From: Candidatus Latescibacterota bacterium
Lineage (GTDB): Bacteria; Latescibacterota; UBA2968; UBA8231
DNA length: 64,000 nucleotides
Direction of reading: 5' to 3'
NCBI GenBank assembly: GCA_965248355.1
Contig: OZ252098.1
Coordinates: 3,104,001-3,168,000 of the forward strand
Positions 37,774-45,812 of this stretch are shown one piece after another; position 1 is the stretch's first letter; the number at the start of each line of letters is the position of its first letter. The position numbers and the translations under genes are program-made. The notes below the pieces were generated by a model. The model was not told the origin of the DNA. It worked only from the letters and a program-made list of their open reading frames with translations, and searched no databases.

Positions 37774-37859
37774 GGGGCACATGTTCCTCAACCGGATGGC
37801 GCCGCGCAAGAGGCGAGTACCCGCCGGAGGGCGCCGCTCCGGCCGCTGTCCGCAAGGGC

Positions 37860-37875
37860 TGGCACGGCCGTTGCA
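37860..37875 (+). promoter_or_regulatory. Sigma54 (-24/-12) promoter
   Basis: TGGCACGGCCGTTGCA is an exact match to TGGCACG-N4-TTGCA, in intergenic DNA. Confidence 0.75.
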
Positions 37876-38079
37876 TGATCCACGTCCGAAGGAGCCGCGT
37901 CAGGCGGAGGGAGCCACGGCCGGCTCGAAGCCGCGCAAAGATTGCCATGGCCCCCATCGGGTTACGGCAGAAATTGCACCGCAGAGCCTCCGTGAACCGC
38001 CGCCCGCACCGGCGATCGGCTTCGCTGTCAAATTCACCGGCGGCCCTCGGGCCGCCACAGACGCAAGGAGCGTTGGAAG

Positions 38080-38172
38080 ATGCGACGGGAGCTTGTGAAT
38101 CAGGCCCTGGTGTACGGTTTGGTCGGCTTTCTCGTCATCCTCGTCTTCCCCGTCTTCGGCCGCCTCTCCTGA
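38080..38172 (+). CDS. Small 30-aa single-TM peptide (unannotated)
   Basis: SD AAGGAG at 38065-38070; MRRELVNQALVYGLVGFLVILVFPVFGRLS. Confidence 0.55.
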   Translation: MRRELVNQALVYGLVGFLVILVFPVFGRLS

Positions 38173-38248
38173 GGCGCCCGGCCGGGGAGTGGAGGGTGGC
38201 GGAAGAGCCGCCGTCGAAAGCGCACACGCAGACTCGAAGGAGAGCGAC

Positions 38249-38392
38249 ATGCATTTCAGCCATTCGGGCATCCGCCCCTCTCGGCGCGTCGCCGAGAGCG
38301 TGCAGCGCGTGCTCTGGTGGATGCTCGCCCTGACGGCGGCGTATTCCGTGGCCAGCGATCCCGGAATCCTGCTGGCCGTCGTCACCAACTGA
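38249..38392 (+). CDS. Small 47-aa membrane-associated peptide
   Basis: SD AAGGAG; MHFSHSGIRPSRRVAESVQRVLWWMLALTAAYSVASDPGILLAVVTN. Confidence 0.55.
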   Translation: MHFSHSGIRPSRRVAESVQRVLWWMLALTAAYSVASDPGILLAVVTN

Positions 38393-38411
38393 CCGCCGGC
38401 AGGAGCCCCCG

Positions 38412-39425
38412 GTGAACGATACCCGGATCGAGGAGCTGCTCGACGCCGTGCCCGCCCTGGCGGTGCTGGCCGGGCTGCGCCTCGATCTGTTCAGCCACGT
38501 GGCCAGCACGCCGAGGACCGCCGCCGAGCTGGCCGGCCGGGTGGGGGGAGACGAGCGCCGCCTGGAGGCCCTCCTCCACGCGCTGGCCGCCCTCGACCTG
38601 CTCGAGGTGAGGACCGCCGCCGGCGGAGGGCCTCCGCGGTTCCTCTGCCGGCCGGCGGCGGCCCGCCGGCTGGTCTCCGGCGGCGAGGACTACGCCGGCC
38701 ACGGCAGCGAGCTGGCCGCCCGCCTGTGGACCGCCGGCCTCACCGTGGCCGATTCCATCCGAAGGGGCGCGGCCACGGCGCCCGGCACCGCCGGCGGGGA
38801 CTCCGACGAGGAGACCGGCGCATTCCTGCGGGCCCTGCATCCCGGGGCCGTCAGGACCGGCCGGGAGATGGCCCGCCGCGGCTGGTTCGCCGGCTGCCGC
38901 CGCATCGTCGACGCCGGCGGCGGCTCCGGCGGTGTGGCCGCGGCCCTGCACCGGGACCTGCCCGAAGTCGAGGTCTCCGTGGTCGAGCGCGAGTCGGCGG
39001 CTCCCTGGACGCGGCGCTTCCTCGAGGAGGAGGGCGCCTCGGCCGTCCGTGTGGTCGTGGGGGACTTGGTGGACGCCGGCGCCGGTCTGGAGGACCAGCT
39101 CGACCTGCCCTGCGACGGGGTGGTCTGCCTGTCCGTCTTGCAGGTCTTGGCACCGGAGGAAGCGGCGCGGGTAGTGGCCCGGATCGCCGGCTGGCTGCAG
39201 CCGGGAGGCCGTCTCGTGATCGCCGGCATGGGGGTGCTGGCCGACGACCGGCTCTCCCCCCGCGACTCGGCGGTCCACAACATCCTGCTCGGGGCCCTCT
39301 ACGAGAGCGGCCGCGGCTACACCCTCTCCGAGTACACGCGCTGGCTCGAGGCCGCCGGCTGCACCGCCGTCGAGTGGGACGAGCTGGCCGACGGCCGCGG
39401 CGCCATCCGCGCCGTCAGAACATGA
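38412..39425 (+). CDS. SAM-dependent O-methyltransferase (family 2, with dimerisation domain)
   Basis: LRLDLF dimerisation helix, VDAGGGSG motif I, LQPGGRLVI. Confidence 0.88.
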   Translation: MNDTRIEELLDAVPALAVLAGLRLDLFSHVASTPRTAAELAGRVGGDERRLEALLHALAALDLLEVRTAAGGGPPRFLCRPAAARRLVSGGEDYAGHGSELAARLWTAGLTVADSIRRGAATAPGTAGGDSDEETGAFLRALHPGAVRTGREMARRGWFAGCRRIVDAGGGSGGVAAALHRDLPEVEVSVVERESAAPWTRRFLEEEGASAVRVVVGDLVDAGAGLEDQLDLPCDGVVCLSVLQVLAPEEAARVVARIAGWLQPGGRLVIAGMGVLADDRLSPRDSAVHNILLGALYESGRGYTLSEYTRWLEAAGCTAVEWDELADGRGAIRAVRT

Positions 39426-40473
39426 AGCTGGTGTTGCGGTAGTCCTCGGGCAGGTCGGGGATGCCGTCGCCGAACCCGATCCGCCGACCCAGCTCGCAGC
39501 TGCGGTAGAAGGCCAGGCCCAGACCCACGTTCTCCAGGCCGTTGGGCCCCGAGTTCTCCGGCTCCTCCACCTCGCCGTGGACCGCGGCCAGCAGATCGGC
39601 CAGCTCCAGGACGTAGGCGTTCTCCCCGTCCTCGGGCGGCACCTCCTCGGGCTCGTCGGCGCCGGACCGGAAGAGCCGCACGGGCCCGCCCCAGACGTCG
39701 AACCGCAGCCCGCCCTCGGTGCCGCCGATCCAGTGCCCCCGCGCCGGCAGGCCCACGGTGGAGCCGGTGCGGGCCGTGACCAGCGCCCCCGACTCGAATC
39801 GCACCAGGCCGAGCACGATCTGCGGGCTCATCCAGTCGCCGTGGGGCTGGTTGCCGGCGATGTCGGCGCTCACCGCCGCCACGGGCCCGAAGACGGCGCG
39901 GGAGCAGTCCAGCTCGTGGATGAAGGACTCCAGCACCCGGCCCCCGGAGTCGGCGGGGCTCTCCCGCCAGTGCCCGGTCCGGGGGGCGGCCTCCTCGACG
40001 GAGCGCTTCGGGGACTTGCCCATGCGGTCGAAGCTGCCCGTCACGGGAGTGCCGATGGCGCCCTCGGCCACCAGGCGGCGGACGGTGCGGAAGGTGCCGA
40101 AGAAGCGGATCGTGTGGCCGATGGCCAGCTTCACGCCGGCCCGCTCGCAGGCCTCGGTCATGCGCCGGCAGGACCCCAGGTCCAGGGCCATGGGCTTCTC
40201 GCAGAGCACGTGCTTGCCGGCCTCCGCCGCGCGCGCCACCAGCTCCGGATGGCTCGGCGTGGGGGTGCCGATGACGACCACGTCCACGTCGGAAGCCAGC
40301 AGGTCCTCGAGGCGGGTCACGGCCCGCGCCCCGGCCTCCTCGGCGCGTGTCCGGGCCGCCTCCGGGTCCAGGTCGAAGGTGAGGGTCAGGTCGCAGTCCG
40401 GATGCTCGCCCACGGCCTTGACCCAGGCGCGGGCGATGTTGCCGCAGCCGATCAGCCCGATGCGGTGTCTCAT
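39415..40473 (-). CDS. Gfo/Idh/MocA oxidoreductase
   Basis: IGLIGCGNIA, GKHVLCEKPMA. Confidence 0.92.
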   Translation of the reverse strand: MRHRIGLIGCGNIARAWVKAVGEHPDCDLTLTFDLDPEAARTRAEEAGARAVTRLEDLLASDVDVVVIGTPTPSHPELVARAAEAGKHVLCEKPMALDLGSCRRMTEACERAGVKLAIGHTIRFFGTFRTVRRLVAEGAIGTPVTGSFDRMGKSPKRSVEEAAPRTGHWRESPADSGGRVLESFIHELDCSRAVFGPVAAVSADIAGNQPHGDWMSPQIVLGLVRFESGALVTARTGSTVGLPARGHWIGGTEGGLRFDVWGGPVRLFRSGADEPEEVPPEDGENAYVLELADLLAAVHGEVEEPENSGPNGLENVGLGLAFYRSCELGRRIGFGDGIPDLPEDYRNTSFMF

Positions 40474-40566
40474 CTGTGTGATCCCGTCGTGATTGACTAT
40501 CGTTGTCGCGTGGCGAACGAGTCTATCCCATACCCGCCGCCGGTTCCACCCCGCCGGTAGATCCCC

Positions 40567-42516
40567 GTGCCCTCCGACCTCGAAGAGGGCCTCGTCGAGG
40601 CCCAGGCCAACCTCGGGGAGGTCTTCGCCCGCTACGACGAAGCCGCCGTCGAGCTGATCCGAATCGCCCGCCTCGACGGCCACTTCGCCGGCCGCGCCGA
40701 GGCCGACCTGGAGTGGCCGGCCTACCGGCCCGATCAGGACCCTCCCATCGACCCGTCCGGCCTCGAGCGCCGCGCCGCCCTCATCGCCGAGATCTTCGCC
40801 GGCATCCCGCCGCGCCGCGAGCACCGGCTGTCCGACGCCTACGAGCGCTACCAGAAGGCGAGGCCGGCGTACCTGCGCAGCGTGCGCCGCTTCCTGCAGG
40901 TGCAGCGCCAGTTCGTCGTCCACGGCGCCGGGGACGAGCGCGACTTCGGGGAGCTGTACGGGGCCGTCTACATCGACGCCCTCGGCCGCGAGGACCCGGT
41001 CCCCCTCGACGAGGGCGAGGCCGCCCTGGTGGAGTTCAAGGTCGCCCGCGCCCCCCTGGCTCACGCCGCCGCCGTGGTGGAGAAGCTCCGCCCCGCCCCG
41101 GCCGCCGACGACCCCCGCTGGAACGCCGGCTACGAATGGGCGATCGACGGCGAGCGCGGCCAGGGCCCCCTGCGCGACCTGCTCACCGGGATCGCCGCCG
41201 ACGTGGTCGACTACCTGGCCGCCGGCGAGCACCTGGCGATCCGCTACAACACCTTCTCCAACTTCATCTGGTTCGGCATCTCCGTGTGGAAGACGGTCTC
41301 CGAGCTGGAGTTGCTCGCCGCTCGGCTGCGGGACCGGGCGCCGAAGCGCTGGCTCGACCGCCTGGAGCAGCATGTGCGCCTCGCCCAGGCCCTGCTGCTG
41401 CGCTTCCTCCAGGCCCACCTGGAGGACCCGGCGCAGATCCGTCCGAGGGACTATTGGTACGGCCAGCGCTACAGCTACCTCACCCGCGACATGATCGACC
41501 TGACCCGCGGCCTGGTGCGCAAGGCCGAGCGCCTGCGCGCCCGCCACGGCGCCGAGCTGCCCGCCGTGGGGCTGCCGCCCCTGCTGGACGGGACCTCCTC
41601 CGGACGGTGGCACGAGTACGGCCACGTGGGCCGCCAGGGAGAGTTCTCGCCCCTGGCGCGGGCCCGGCGCCTCGTGAAATGGGTGCGCCTCTTCCGCCGC
41701 ACGGCCCGCGAGAAGAAGCGCCTCGACCGCTCGAACCTCTCCGACGCCGAGCGCTACGCTGCCGCCTGGGAGGCCAACCTCGCCTGGGGCCGCGCGACCC
41801 TGGAGAACTTCGGGATCACGGTCTCGGTGATCATCGACCCCGACTTCGCCGACATGGCCCTCGAGCTCGACCTGAAGCCGAAGGGCCGCAAGGTCGTGTT
41901 CTTCCCCACCCACCAGACCCTGCTCGACCACCCGGTGATGTACCGGGCCCTGGAGTCGGAGGAGCTGCTGGCGGCCATGGGCTGGTCGGCGCCCGTGCCC
42001 TGCTGCCTGCTGTCGCGGGGCCGGCTGCTGTCGCAGACGGCGGTGAAGGTGGGGCGGCGGGGGTTCTCCCTCATCGGCGTGAGCCCCGCGGAGACCGACC
42101 GCCTCGCCGAGGAGGTGGACGGCTACGTGGTGCTCTCCCGGGACGAAGGAGGCTCGCCCACGAGGCGCTTCGCCCGCGTCATCGAGGACCGGCCCGGCGT
42201 CGTCTACGGCGGCGGCACGACCTCGGCCTTCGACCTGCAGGTGCTGCCCATGCAGCACGCCTTGTTCGCCCACCTGCCCCAGGACGTGGTCTTCGTGCCC
42301 GTCGCCTTCCGCGGCATCCACGCCCTGTGGCCGAAGTGCCCCCGGGGCAACGTCCAGCTGCGGCCCGGGCACGTGGAGGTCTACGTCTCCCCGCCGGTGC
42401 CCGGAGAGACGACGCTGCTGCCGCGCCGGCGCGCCCTGCGCACGCAGCTGGAGCCGGCCACCCTGTTCCAGGCGATCCACATCGCCACCCTGCTCGATCC
42501 CGGAGAGGAGGACTAG
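40567..42516 (+). CDS. Large protein: unknown helical N-terminus plus C-terminal PlsC-like acyltransferase domain
   Basis: FFPTHQTLLD (HxxxxD), VVYGGGT in place of FPEGT, FVPVAFRG. Confidence 0.7.
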   Translation: MPSDLEEGLVEAQANLGEVFARYDEAAVELIRIARLDGHFAGRAEADLEWPAYRPDQDPPIDPSGLERRAALIAEIFAGIPPRREHRLSDAYERYQKARPAYLRSVRRFLQVQRQFVVHGAGDERDFGELYGAVYIDALGREDPVPLDEGEAALVEFKVARAPLAHAAAVVEKLRPAPAADDPRWNAGYEWAIDGERGQGPLRDLLTGIAADVVDYLAAGEHLAIRYNTFSNFIWFGISVWKTVSELELLAARLRDRAPKRWLDRLEQHVRLAQALLLRFLQAHLEDPAQIRPRDYWYGQRYSYLTRDMIDLTRGLVRKAERLRARHGAELPAVGLPPLLDGTSSGRWHEYGHVGRQGEFSPLARARRLVKWVRLFRRTAREKKRLDRSNLSDAERYAAAWEANLAWGRATLENFGITVSVIIDPDFADMALELDLKPKGRKVVFFPTHQTLLDHPVMYRALESEELLAAMGWSAPVPCCLLSRGRLLSQTAVKVGRRGFSLIGVSPAETDRLAEEVDGYVVLSRDEGGSPTRRFARVIEDRPGVVYGGGTTSAFDLQVLPMQHALFAHLPQDVVFVPVAFRGIHALWPKCPRGNVQLRPGHVEVYVSPPVPGETTLLPRRRALRTQLEPATLFQAIHIATLLDPGEED

Positions 42517-42861
42517 ATGTCCCTCACCTTCTACCTGTGGCTGCACCTGGCGGGCCTGGGCCTGCTGCTGCTGGCCCTCGGCGGCATGGCCCGGCTCGCG
42601 GGGGAGCGGAACCGCATGCTGGCCGCGGCCCACGGCCTGGGCCTGCTCCTGTCCTTTGTCAGCGGTTTCGGCCTGCTGGCCAAGGCCGGGATCCCCTGGC
42701 CGTGGCCGGGGTGGGTCTTCGGCAAGATCCTGCTGTGGCTCGTGCTTGGAGCCGCCCCGGCCGTGATGCGGCGGATGCAGGGGCGGGCCGCGGCCCTCTT
42801 CTGGGGCCTCTGGGCGCTGTTCCTGCTGACCGCCTGGCTGGCCGTGCTCAAGCCCTTCTGA
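42517..42861 (+). CDS. Small 4-TM membrane protein
   Basis: Hydrophobic; WLH, AAHGLGL, KILLWL, LKPF; start abuts the upstream stop. Confidence 0.8.
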   Translation: MSLTFYLWLHLAGLGLLLLALGGMARLAGERNRMLAAAHGLGLLLSFVSGFGLLAKAGIPWPWPGWVFGKILLWLVLGAAPAVMRRMQGRAAALFWGLWALFLLTAWLAVLKPF

Positions 42862-42876
42862 GCGGGGGACCGCTCC

Positions 42877-43914
42877 TCACACGGGCAGCTCGACCCCGAA
42901 GCCGGGGCCGCCCGTCCAGCGCGCGCGGCCGTCGCGCAACTCCCGCCCGCCGACCCACTCCATCCACGGGCGCCCGCTCTCGGCCAGGGGCTCCGGGTCG
43001 AGGGCGGCGATGGCGTGCAGCCCCCAGACCTCGGAGCCGCGGTGCGGGCAGACGCGCACGCCGTGGTCCCGCGCCAGCCGGTAGATCTCCACGAGCTGGG
43101 TCAGCCCCCCGCACCAGCAGACGTCGGGCTGGTAGATCCGGTGGCAGCCGCGGTCCATCAACTCGGCGAAGGCGCGGGCCGTGAACTCGTGCTCGCCGCC
43201 GGCGATCGGCACCGGCGAGCGCTGAGCCAGCCAGGCGTAGCCGTCGAGATCGTCGGAGGGCAGCGGCTCCTCCAGCCACACCAGACCCAGATCGGCCACC
43301 TCCTCGCACAGGGCCAGCACGCGGGCGGGGTCGGTCCAGCCCATGCCCGCGTCGGCCATGAGCTGCACGCCGCCGCCGGCCCGCTCCCGGGCGCGCCTCA
43401 GGAGGTCGGCGGCGCCGTCGTCCGGGGAGCCTGGATCGTAGCGGCCCAGGCCGCCGAGCTTCACCGCGCCGAAGCCCGCGTCAAGAGCCTCGGTGATACC
43501 CTGCAGGCCGTCCGCCCCGTCGAGGCCGGTCGTGCTGTAGGCGGGGACCTCGGCGGCCGGGGACTCGGCCAGCAGGCCGGCCACCGGCTTTCCCGCGGCC
43601 TTGGCTCGCAGGTCCCACAGGGCGAGGTCGACGCCGCTGATGGCCATGAGGGCCAGGCCCTTGCGCCCGTAGGCCAGGGTCGCCCGGTACATGGCCTCCC
43701 AGAGGCCCTCCAGGTCACTCGCGTCGGCGCCGGTCAGCAGGGGCCGCAGCTCCCGCTCGATCACGTGGATCCCGGCCGCGCCTCCGGCGCCCATGCCGTA
43801 GCCTACCAAGCCGCCGGCCTCGACCGCCACCGACAGCTGTCCCAGAAAGCCGCGCCAGTCCCGGGGCGCGCTGTCCGCCTCCGGTTGCGCGGCGCGCACG
43901 TCCGTGATTTTCAT
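42877..43914 (-). CDS. Mandelate racemase/enolase-superfamily dehydratase
   Basis: SGVDLALWDL, LMADA, WLEEP, GGEHE, QPD, CPH. Confidence 0.9.
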   Translation of the reverse strand: MKITDVRAAQPEADSAPRDWRGFLGQLSVAVEAGGLVGYGMGAGGAAGIHVIERELRPLLTGADASDLEGLWEAMYRATLAYGRKGLALMAISGVDLALWDLRAKAAGKPVAGLLAESPAAEVPAYSTTGLDGADGLQGITEALDAGFGAVKLGGLGRYDPGSPDDGAADLLRRARERAGGGVQLMADAGMGWTDPARVLALCEEVADLGLVWLEEPLPSDDLDGYAWLAQRSPVPIAGGEHEFTARAFAELMDRGCHRIYQPDVCWCGGLTQLVEIYRLARDHGVRVCPHRGSEVWGLHAIAALDPEPLAESGRPWMEWVGGRELRDGRARWTGGPGFGVELPV

Positions 43915-43928
43915 CCCCTCTCCTTCCA

Positions 43929-44750
43929 ATGACGATCGACGTCCTACTCCTCGGCGGCCGGGGCAGGATCGGCTCCGGCCTGCGCATGTACCTGCCGCGC
44001 CTCGACCCCGCGTACCGGTTCACCTCCGTCGACCTGCCGGGGTGCGAGGACCAGGCCACGGAGCCGGTGCCCCAGCGCGACTTCGTCGGCCTCGACATCG
44101 CCGCCGAGCCCGGCCGCGTGCGCGAGCTGATGGCCGGCCGCGACCTGGTCGTCTACCTGGCGCGCCGGGGCTCCCTGGCCGAGATGAACGCCATGACCGA
44201 CCTCGTCTTCAAGGCGGTCCTGGCCCAGGAGCCGGTGCCCATGGTCATCGGCGCCAGCTCGGTCCACGCCTGCGACGGCGCCTACAGCGTCGACGAGGGC
44301 CCCTGGTCGATCTGGGCCGAGCGCCGCTTCGACGAGCTGGACCCGGCGCCGGAGCGCGTCTCGAGCCTCATCGAGGCCTGTCCCACCAACGACTACGGCC
44401 GCGAGAAGGCCCACGTGGAGCAATGGTGCGAACGGCTGGCCGCCCTCGGCCACGGCGCCGTGGCCGCCCGCTGGGGCGGCATCAACCCGGCCAACGCCAT
44501 GACCGCGGAGAAAGGCTACTTCGCTCTCTGGTGCCACCAGGAGGACGCGGCCCGGTTCGTCCATGCATGCTGCACGGCGCACCGCAACGGAACCCTGCGC
44601 AGCGGCGCCCACTACTTCGTGGTCTCGGACAACACCCGCAACATCTTCGACATCGACCTCGCCCGCCGCGAGATCGGCTATCGGCCCGTGCACGATGCCG
44701 AGCAATTCTACTCTACGCCGGGGGGTGAGGGGCGGAAACCGCCCCATTGA
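43929..44750 (+). CDS. NAD-dependent epimerase/dehydrogenase (extended SDR, uronate dehydrogenase-like)
   Basis: GGRGRIG, ASSVHA, YGREK (YxxxK), IGYRP. Confidence 0.85.
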   Translation: MTIDVLLLGGRGRIGSGLRMYLPRLDPAYRFTSVDLPGCEDQATEPVPQRDFVGLDIAAEPGRVRELMAGRDLVVYLARRGSLAEMNAMTDLVFKAVLAQEPVPMVIGASSVHACDGAYSVDEGPWSIWAERRFDELDPAPERVSSLIEACPTNDYGREKAHVEQWCERLAALGHGAVAARWGGINPANAMTAEKGYFALWCHQEDAARFVHACCTAHRNGTLRSGAHYFVVSDNTRNIFDIDLARREIGYRPVHDAEQFYSTPGGEGRKPPH

Positions 44751-44775
44751 CGATTTCGGGATCCCTCCTTATACT
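44747..44775 (+). promoter_or_regulatory. Sigma70 promoter
   Basis: TTGACG (44747-44752), 17-bp spacer, TATACT (44770-44775). Confidence 0.85.
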
Positions 44776-44785
44776 CTCAACTCTC

Positions 44786-44848
44786 ATGAACAACAATCCA
44801 ACCAAAACTGGCGATAATAATCCGCCCGACCTATTGCGCGTGTTCTGA
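44786..44848 (+). CDS. Putative Asn/Asp-rich attenuator leader peptide
   Basis: MNNNPTKTGDNNPPDLLRVF; 5 Asn and 2 Asp in 20 codons; lies between promoter and terminator. Confidence 0.75.
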   Translation: MNNNPTKTGDNNPPDLLRVF

Positions 44849-44880
44849 ACGACTGACTCCAACTGTATCCTTAGATCCAA

Positions 44881-44913
44881 CCCGTCGCGGGCACGCATCG
44901 CGGCGGGTTTTTT
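44881..44913 (+). terminator. Intrinsic terminator of the putative attenuator
   Basis: Stem CCCGTCGCG/CGCGGCGGG, 9-nt loop, then TTTTTT. Confidence 0.85.
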
Positions 44914-44928
44914 CATGCCTCATGGGGC

Positions 44929-45812
44929 GTGCCGAGCCGGCTCTACCCCGGCCGCTTCTACGCGCTGCCCCAGTCGCCGCAGCAGTTCAAGCAGCTGCTG
45001 ATGGTCTCCGGCTTCGATCGCTACTTCCAGATCGCCCCCTGCTTCCGCGACGAGGATGCCCGAGCCGACCGCTCTCCCGGGGAACACTACCAGTGCGATA
45101 TCGAGATGCCCTTCGTCGAGCAGGAGGACGTCTTCGCCGTCGTGGAGGAACTCTTCTCCGGTCTGTTTCACGAGTTCACCGACTGGCAAGTGAGCGGCCC
45201 TCCCTTTCCCCGTCTCTCCCACGCCGAGGCCATGCTGCGTTTCGGCACGGACAAGCCGGACCTGCGCTTCGGGCTGGAGATCCGGGACCTGTCCCACATT
45301 TTCGCAGGCTCCTCGTTCAGGCTGTTCCGGGAGATCGTCGCCGAAGGTGGGGTGGTCCGCGCATTGTGCGTTCCCAAACTCGAGGCCCAGCCGCGCTCGT
45401 TCTTCGACGGCCTCGGGGCGTTCGTGAAAGAATCGGGCGGCCAGGGGCTGGCCTGGCTCATCAACGGGGCCCAGGCCACAGGATCGATCGCCGCGGCCCT
45501 CGAACAGAGCACGATCAGCAGCATCACCGAGGCGTGCTCAGCCGATCCGGGGTCGGCGGTCCTCCTCATCGCCGGATCGCCGGGTGAGGCGGCGCACCTG
45601 GCGGGACGGTTGCGCCTGCCTCTTGCATGCCGCAGGGTGGGATGGATGCCCTGGAGAGGCGACCGCCGCTGGAGATCAAGGCGTATCAGTACGACATCGT
45701 CTGCAACGGCCTGGAGCTGTCGAGCGGCGCCATCCGCAACCACCGGCCGGACATCATTTACAAGGCCTTCGAGATCGCCGGGTACCCGCGCCGGGAGGTG
45801 GAGCGCCGGTTT
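44929..45812 (+). pseudogene. aspS: Aspartyl-tRNA synthetase remnant (5'-, internally and 3'-deleted)
   Basis: FYALPQSPQQFKQLLM, FQIAPCFRDEDARADRSPGE, RFGTDKPDLR; after a jump at ~45619, [20 protein letters not shown]. Confidence 0.92.

Noticed and set aside
37955..37980. Second sigma54 site (GGCAGAAATTGCA)
   Set aside because: GG-to-GC spacing is wrong.
44780..44913. T-box riboswitch before aspS
   Set aside because: Leader is too short and has no UGGN-ACC T-box bulge motif; the leader-peptide model fits better.
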